64,000 nt of DNA from an uncultured Pseudomonadota bacterium (GTDB lineage Bacteria; Pseudomonadota; Alphaproteobacteria; Rs-D84; CACZYB01), in contig CACZYB010000005.1 of NCBI GenBank assembly GCA_902785275.1, forward strand, positions 2,213-66,212, written 5' to 3'. The translations under genes were made by a program, and so were the position numbers. The notes beneath the pieces were generated by a model that was not told the origin of the DNA, ran no database searches, and saw only the letters and a list, made by a program, of their open reading frames with translations. Of this stretch, positions 58,605-64,000 are shown piece after piece. How positions within the stretch are numbered: the stretch's first letter is position 1; every line of letters starts with the position of its first letter.

Positions 58605-61115
58605 ATGGCTGAAAAATTAACATTAAAACTTGGAACTAAACTAAGTTCTTCCGCATCACGTGGTGGTATCGAAGTTGAAGTTATTAAGAAAAGACGTGTA
58701 TTTTCAAGTACAGGAAATACCTCTGAAACTTCAACTCCAAAAACCATTTCTGCACAAGAAAAGGAACAAGCAGATAAACTTAAATCAATTCTTGAAAATG
58801 CAAGAAAGCTTGAAGAACAATCAAAAGTAGAGGCTGAAAAAGAAGCCGAAGTTGAACGTGAACGTCAACTTTTGATTGAAAAAGAAAGAAAAGAACAAGA
58901 AGAACTTCAAAAACAAGCACAAGCTCAGGTTCAAGCTCAAGCTCAAGTTCAAGAAGAATCAAACAAAGCTACTTCTGCTTCTTCAACTCCTAAAGAAGAA
59001 GAAAAAACAGAAGCTACTGAAAAAGTTAAATACAAAAAGAATAAAGATGCTTATGAAGATGACGATGATGAAATTGAAAATTCTAACAGTAAGAAAAAAT
59101 CATCTGATAAAAATAAATCTTCTAAAAAGTTTTCTGATAAGTCAGATAGAAAAATGAATTTCTCAAACGTTGTTGTTTCAAGTAGTGATCTTGATTTCGA
59201 TGACGACGATGATGAACAAGAAGAACATTCTGCATCTCTTGCATCTGCAATGGAATTTGTTGGTACACACCAACACAGACGTTCTTTTGCATCTATAAAA
59301 AGACAGAAAGAAAAAAATTATCGTAAGTTTATGGAACATCAAGAACCAAAAGAAGTTCAAAAAACTTATCATGAAGTGATTCTTCCTGAAACAATTACTG
59401 TTAAGGATTTGGCTATCCGTATGGCTGAAAAAAGCAGTGATGTTATCAAAACTATGATGAAACTTGGTATTATGGCAACAATCAACCAAGTTATTGATGC
59501 TGATACTGCAGAACTTATCGTTATGGAATTTGGTCATACTGTAAAGCGTGTGTCCGATGCTGATGCTGTAACATCAATTCTTTCTGATGCATCAGAAGAG
59601 GCAGTATGGCAACCAAGACCACCTGTTGTTACAGTTATGGGACACGTTGATCATGGTAAAACATCGCTTCTTGATGCGTTCAGACAAACTGATGTTGTAA
59701 GTGGTGAAGCTGGTGGTATTACACAACATATTGGTGCATACCAAATCACAAATAAAACAGGTAGAAAAATTACATTTATTGATACACCAGGGCACGAAGC
59801 TTTCTCTGCAATGCGTGCACGTGGTGTTAACGTAACTGATATTGTTATTTTGGTTGTTGCTGCAAACGATGGTATTATGCCTCAGACCGTGGAAGCTATT
59901 AACCATGCAAAGGCTGCAAAAGTTCCTATGATTGTTGCAATCAATAAAATCGATTTACCAGAAGCAAATCCAGAAAAGGTTCGTATGGAACTTTTACAAC
60001 ACGGTTTGGTTGTTGAAAAACTTGGTGGTGATGTTTTGGATGTTGAAATCTCGGCAAAGAAAAAACTTAACCTTGATAAATTGGAAGAATTGCTTCTTCT
60101 CCAAGCTGATGTTTTGGAATTAAAGGGTAATATTGCTGGTCACGCAACTGGTGCTGTTATCGAAGCAAAGATGGAGCAGGGACGTGGTTCAACTGCAACT
60201 GTTTTGGTTCAAAAAGGTATTCTTAAAAAAGGAGATATCTTTGTTTCCGGTTCATCCGTTGGTCGTGTTCGTGAACTTCTTGATGAATTTGGTAAAAAAG
60301 TTCAAAAAGCAGAACCATCACAACCTGTTGTTGTTCTTGGATTCGAAGGTACACCTGTTGCAGGTGACGACTTTGTTGTTGTTGAAACTGATGCAAAGGC
60401 TCGTGAAGTTGCAGAATACAGAAAACGTAAAGAAAAAGAAAAGCAAATGGTTGCTAAAAAATCTAACTGGCAAGAACTTTTCCAAAATATTAAAGAAGGA
60501 AAGGCTGAAACACTTCCAGTTATCATTAAGGCTGATACTCAAGGTTCAGCAGAAGCAATTGCCGATTCGCTTTTGAAAATTAAATCTGATAAAGTAAAAG
60601 TTCAGGTTATGCATTCTGGTGTTGGTGCGATTAATGAATCTGATATTACTTTGGCAAAAACTACTGGTGCTGTTGTTCTTGGCTTCAATGTTCGTGCAAA
60701 CACAAATGCAAAGGAACAAGCAAAACACGATGATGTTGATATTCGTTACTACTCTGTCATTTATAATATGATTGATGATGTAAAGGTATTGATGTCTGGA
60801 CTTCTTGCTCCTGTTATCAAAGAAAACTTTATCGGATATGCAGATGTGCTTCAGGTATTCAATGCTGGTAAGGCAAAGGCTGCCGGTTGTAAAGTTACCG
60901 AAGGTATTGTTAAGAAAGGTTGTGGTGTTCGTATGCTTCGTGATAACGTTGTTATATTCGAAGGTAAACTTGCTCAACTTAAACGTATGAAGGAAGATGT
61001 AAAAGAAGTTCGTTCCGGTATGGAATGTGGTATTTCTTTTGAAAACTTTAACGATATACTTCCTGGTGATAGATTAGAGTGTTTTGAAACCGAAGAGGTT
61101 AAGGCAACACTTTAA
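58605..61115 (+). CDS. infB: Translation initiation factor IF-2
   Basis: G domain [24 protein letters not shown]. Low-complexity N-terminal linker with a QAQAQV repeat. Confidence 0.95.
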   Translation: MAEKLTLKLGTKLSSSASRGGIEVEVIKKRRVFSSTGNTSETSTPKTISAQEKEQADKLKSILENARKLEEQSKVEAEKEAEVERERQLLIEKERKEQEELQKQAQAQVQAQAQVQEESNKATSASSTPKEEEKTEATEKVKYKKNKDAYEDDDDEIENSNSKKKSSDKNKSSKKFSDKSDRKMNFSNVVVSSSDLDFDDDDDEQEEHSASLASAMEFVGTHQHRRSFASIKRQKEKNYRKFMEHQEPKEVQKTYHEVILPETITVKDLAIRMAEKSSDVIKTMMKLGIMATINQVIDADTAELIVMEFGHTVKRVSDADAVTSILSDASEEAVWQPRPPVVTVMGHVDHGKTSLLDAFRQTDVVSGEAGGITQHIGAYQITNKTGRKITFIDTPGHEAFSAMRARGVNVTDIVILVVAANDGIMPQTVEAINHAKAAKVPMIVAINKIDLPEANPEKVRMELLQHGLVVEKLGGDVLDVEISAKKKLNLDKLEELLLLQADVLELKGNIAGHATGAVIEAKMEQGRGSTATVLVQKGILKKGDIFVSGSSVGRVRELLDEFGKKVQKAEPSQPVVVLGFEGTPVAGDDFVVVETDAKAREVAEYRKRKEKEKQMVAKKSNWQELFQNIKEGKAETLPVIIKADTQGSAEAIADSLLKIKSDKVKVQVMHSGVGAINESDITLAKTTGAVVLGFNVRANTNAKEQAKHDDVDIRYYSVIYNMIDDVKVLMSGLLAPVIKENFIGYADVLQVFNAGKAKAAGCKVTEGIVKKGCGVRMLRDNVVIFEGKLAQLKRMKEDVKEVRSGMECGISFENFNDILPGDRLECFETEEVKATL

Positions 61116-61138
61116 TCAAAAAATAAAGAAAAGTTTTA

Positions 61139-61164
61139 AAGGAGGGTTAATCCCTCCTTTTTTG
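61139..61164 (+). terminator. Intrinsic terminator after infB (GGAGGG-TTAA-TCCCTCC + T6)
   Basis: Hairpin plus T-run. Confidence 0.6.
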
Positions 61165-61227
61165 TGATTTTATATTGAATAAATTCTTATTTTGTATTAA
61201 AATGAAAAAGTAAACAAAGGAGAAAAA

Positions 61228-61740
61228 ATGGATTTTTTTAATAAAAATTACAAAAAATATCTTGATAAAAAAGAAAAGATTTTACTTCACATACAACAGG
61301 CAAAAAGTTTTACTTTTTTACATGTGTTTGGTGTTTTTTTATTGACATTTTTTATGGCTACATTTTTTGCAATATTTGTAATAGCTAAGTTAAAAATAAG
61401 AGGATTTTTCCCTTTTAAATTTGGTCTTTGCATAAGTTTATTTGCTTCTATAATTTCTTATTTGAGATACAAAGGCGTACAATATCTAATAACAGAAAAT
61501 GGTATCTATAAAATTTCAGGTGTATTAAATAAAAAAATAAAATTTGTTCCATATAAAAAGATAACAGACAATGCTTTATCGATAAATATGTTTGAAGCAA
61601 TGTTTGGTGTTGGAACAATAAATATTTCCACAGCTGGCGGTACCAGAAGTTATAGAGGAAATTCTCAACCATACGAATTGATTATTCGACACGTGAAAGA
61701 CTATAATAAAACAAATCAATTGATAACAAAACATATATAA
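61228..61740 (+). CDS. Membrane protein with a bacterial PH (bPH_2/YdbS-like) domain
   Basis: Two N-terminal TM helices followed by ITENGIYKISGVLNKKIKFVPYKKITD... typical of DUF304/bPH_2. Confidence 0.45.
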   Translation: MDFFNKNYKKYLDKKEKILLHIQQAKSFTFLHVFGVFLLTFFMATFFAIFVIAKLKIRGFFPFKFGLCISLFASIISYLRYKGVQYLITENGIYKISGVLNKKIKFVPYKKITDNALSINMFEAMFGVGTINISTAGGTRSYRGNSQPYELIIRHVKDYNKTNQLITKHI

Positions 61741-61744
61741 ATTT

Positions 61745-61770
61745 TTCCCCATAATAGGGGAATTTTTTTT
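61745..61770 (+). terminator. Intrinsic terminator (TTCCCC-ATAATA-GGGGAA + T8)
   Basis: Hairpin plus T-run. Confidence 0.6.
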
Positions 61771-61833
61771 AAGATTTTATACTCCTATGATTTTTATATT
61801 TTCTTTCTATACTTTTATTTAAGGAGAAAGAGA

Positions 61834-62649
61834 ATGCAAAAATTTTACTTAAGAGTTTTGCCGTATGTGATAAGTCTTTTTGTCGGGGCTTTGATTTTTG
61901 GAGTTGTTGATTATATATCAAATCCAGATTGGCAAAATTTAATTTTAAATATTTCTGCGGGCCTTATCAGTGTGCCATTTATTTTTATTTGCTACGAATT
62001 GGTAAAAAATATTTCCGAACGAAAAATTAAAACAAAAGTTCGAACCTATGTGACATATCATTCCCAAAAAGTATTTCTTTCATTTATAAAATATTTTTAC
62101 ACTTGGTTTTTTCCAACTAAAAAGGAAACTATTTCTTTGGATGAAGATGATGTCGAACGTATATTAACATTGTCTCTTGTTGATATTGAGAAAATGCTTT
62201 CTGAAAAAATGTTGCTTGGATTCTTTATCTACAAAGATATAAACGAAGATATTCGTTCCCTAAGTGCTATTGTAAAAAATAATAACCTTACAGAATACGT
62301 TACTGATACCGAAATGATTCATATAATAAATATTTTAAGGAATATCACTCTTATCCGTCGAGAGATTCTTGATTTTATCGTTGTGGGAAAGGATAGGTCA
62401 TTAAAACTAAAGAAAGATTCTAATCCACACAATTTTGAACTTAAACTTTATTATAAAAGATTAAAAATTGATAACGGGCTTTTTGATAATGTTTCAACGG
62501 ACAGACTCCTTGAATACTTCAAAGTTCCAACCGAAACAATAGAGATTCTATCAAACCAAATTTTTGATCTTATTTCAGATATAAAAAATTTAATTACACT
62601 TATGGAAATAAATTTTTGGGATGACAGTAATTTATTTGAAAATAAATAA
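61834..62649 (+). CDS. Hypothetical membrane protein
   Basis: Two N-terminal TM helices, then a soluble domain with no recognised motif. Confidence 0.35.
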   Translation: MQKFYLRVLPYVISLFVGALIFGVVDYISNPDWQNLILNISAGLISVPFIFICYELVKNISERKIKTKVRTYVTYHSQKVFLSFIKYFYTWFFPTKKETISLDEDDVERILTLSLVDIEKMLSEKMLLGFFIYKDINEDIRSLSAIVKNNNLTEYVTDTEMIHIINILRNITLIRREILDFIVVGKDRSLKLKKDSNPHNFELKLYYKRLKIDNGLFDNVSTDRLLEYFKVPTETIEILSNQIFDLISDIKNLITLMEINFWDDSNLFENK

Positions 62650-62699
62650 TCCTTGCAAATTTTTAACACTTAGGATATCTTAGAAAAGTCTTAAACGAT

Positions 62700-62775
62700 G
62701 TCCCTATCGTCTAGAGGCCTAGGACACAAGATTCTCATTCTTGCAACATGGGTTCGACTCCCATTAGGGATACCA
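62700..62775 (+). tRNA. tRNA-Glu (anticodon read as CTC)
   Basis: GTCCCTATCGTCTAGAGGCCTAGGACACAAGATTCTCATTCTTGCAACATGGGTTCGACTCCCATTAGGGATACCA. The D-arm GTCTAGAGGCCTAGGAC is characteristic of tRNA-Glu. Anticodon loop TTCTCAT. Confidence 0.7.
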
Positions 62776-63034
62776 ACTTTAGCTTTTACTTATCTTGTAA
62801 AATCATCGAAAAATCAATGGATAAAAAGATTCTAGTTAAATTATTTCTATAGTTTGTTAAGTTTCTTTATTCTAAGCTTTAATTTGTAAAAATTAATTAT
62901 CTGATTTTACAAAATTTATTATGCGTAGTTAGTTAAATTTTCCTACAAAATTTCTTGCTTTTCAAGATAATAAAGAATATAGTAAAAGTGTAAAATTTTA
63001 AGGGAATTTTCAAGTTTGGTTTATGGGGGAGAAA

Positions 63035-64000
63035 ATGAAAAAAGTTTCAGTGTCAGTTTTAAGTTCTGTATTAGCTTTGCTTACAGCATGTGGTGGTAGT
63101 GGTAGTAATTTACCTGCATCTTCATTACCAACATCGACAAAGCCTACTTCTGATAATAGTAAAAAAACTGCAAAGTCAGATAGTAAGAAAACTGATAAAA
63201 CCGATGCTAAATTAGAAGAAATTCAAGTGGTAAAACCAGAAGATCCTCAAAAAACAGAAAATATTATTTCTGAAAATGAGAGTACAGAAAATACTTACCA
63301 GGATATTCTTTCAATAAAATCAAATAATCTCATTTCTATAATATCAACTGTGGAAAAAAGAATAAAACATGAAATTGATACTTCTGATTATGATGTTATT
63401 AAAAGTGCATACAATTCTGCAATTTCCGATTCTTTTACTGTATCCATACTTGAACCAAGTGAAAATATTTCTGATAACGAAAAGAAATATAATATTTTAA
63501 GTATGACATCAGATATGTTTTTAAAAGGGGAAACTATCTTAAAAAATTTTGAAAAGATATTAAAAGAGCAGGGGAAATCTTACCTTGCAAAGGAAGTTTT
63601 AATTCAATTTGTAAAAGCATTTAATTTGACAGATATAATTGATGTAAAAAGTGGTGTTACAGTTGCGGATATTGCTTCTGCTGTAACTAAGAATTATACA
63701 CAAATAAAAAATACAATTAACTCGGTAATAAATACTGATTTCAAAAGACAGACTGTAGATTTTTCAAAATATGATTTTAACGGTTCTGATTTGAGTTTCA
63801 TTTTTGATGATAATAATAATATTTCAAAAATAAGGTTTACACGAAACTTGGATGAAAATTTTGCAAAGAATTATGATGCATCGAATTCTGATAGAACCTC
63901 TTATAAATCTCTTATTACTCAAGATATTAGTCTTTCTGATTTTTATTCCTCTAATAAAGGGCTTATGATTGCAAAAAATAGTCAAAAATATAAAGTTCCA
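63035..64000 (+). CDS. Putative lipoprotein, 3' end truncated by the window edge
   Basis: GGGGGAGAAA RBS. Signal peptide with lipobox LLTAC-GGSGS, then an S/T/K-rich linker. Confidence 0.5.
   Translation, partial: MKKVSVSVLSSVLALLTACGGSGSNLPASSLPTSTKPTSDNSKKTAKSDSKKTDKTDAKLEEIQVVKPEDPQKTENIISENESTENTYQDILSIKSNNLISIISTVEKRIKHEIDTSDYDVIKSAYNSAISDSFTVSILEPSENISDNEKKYNILSMTSDMFLKGETILKNFEKILKEQGKSYLAKEVLIQFVKAFNLTDIIDVKSGVTVADIASAVTKNYTQIKNTINSVINTDFKRQTVDFSKYDFNGSDLSFIFDDNNNISKIRFTRNLDENFAKNYDASNSDRTSYKSLITQDISLSDFYSSNKGLMIAKNSQKYKVP

Noticed and set aside
58780-60990. ORFs in alternative frames of infB (58780-59157, 59178-59906, 59932-60576, 60302-60990)
   Set aside because: They are inside IF-2, which is conserved end to end. 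They are artefacts.
1-64000. CRISPR arrays, rRNA genes, IS-element terminal inverted repeats
   Set aside because: No regularly spaced direct repeats, no rRNA-like conserved stretches and no transposase-like ORFs were seen. The only recombinases are the three serine recombinases in the island.

Overview
The window is an extremely AT-rich bacterial chromosome segment of about 28-30% GC, judged by eye, with short intergenic spacers. It is probably from a host-associated alphaproteobacterium. RpoA and the L3 C-terminal tail look alphaproteobacterial. fusA is followed directly by rpsJ with no tuf gene, and there is no infA or rpmJ between adk and rpsM. That is the Rickettsiales/alpha-type str-S10-spc-alpha layout. 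Left to right: (1) positions 1-6012 hold the end of an accessory island. It carries a minus-strand operon of a degenerate invertase-like protein, two DUF4422-type glycosyltransferases and glf (UDP-galactopyranose mutase). Next comes a roughly 100-bp segment bracketed by 18/19-bp inverted repeats that contains a near-consensus promoter. Then follow a canonical Hin/Gin-type serine invertase and a large serine recombinase whose 3' end overlaps tRNA-Arg(ACG). This looks like an invertible-promoter (phase-variable) galactofuranose glycan island at a tRNA. (2) A Cys/Ser-rich secreted protein, accA-accD and an IHF/HU gene. (3) A six-gene type IVb pilus / T2SS-like machinery cluster. Its order is TcpQ/PilL-like, secretin, a bitopic protein with a Pro11 tract, a PilP/GspC-like protein, the ATPase and the platform protein. 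No pilin or prepilin peptidase lies in the window. (4) An OM porin, queH and a rhamnose-glycan cluster (RgpF-like, GT8, GT2, rmlA-C-D-B). (5) A CaCA exchanger, an SspB-like gene, nusB and a repetitive surface protein. The surface protein is preceded by a GC-rich structured leader with mutually exclusive helices, followed by a terminator hairpin and U-tract about 25 nt before the start codon. (6) ppaC, map, pfk, three small unknown ORFs, ruvB-ybgC and an MTA-nucleosidase-like gene. (7) rpsL-rpsG-fusA and the complete S10-spc-alpha ribosomal superoperon through rplQ, with an unexpected 63-aa membrane ORF between rpoA and rplQ. (8) pyrG, clpP, rimP-nusA-infB, two membrane proteins, tRNA-Glu and a partial lipoprotein gene. 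No rRNA or CRISPR array was seen.
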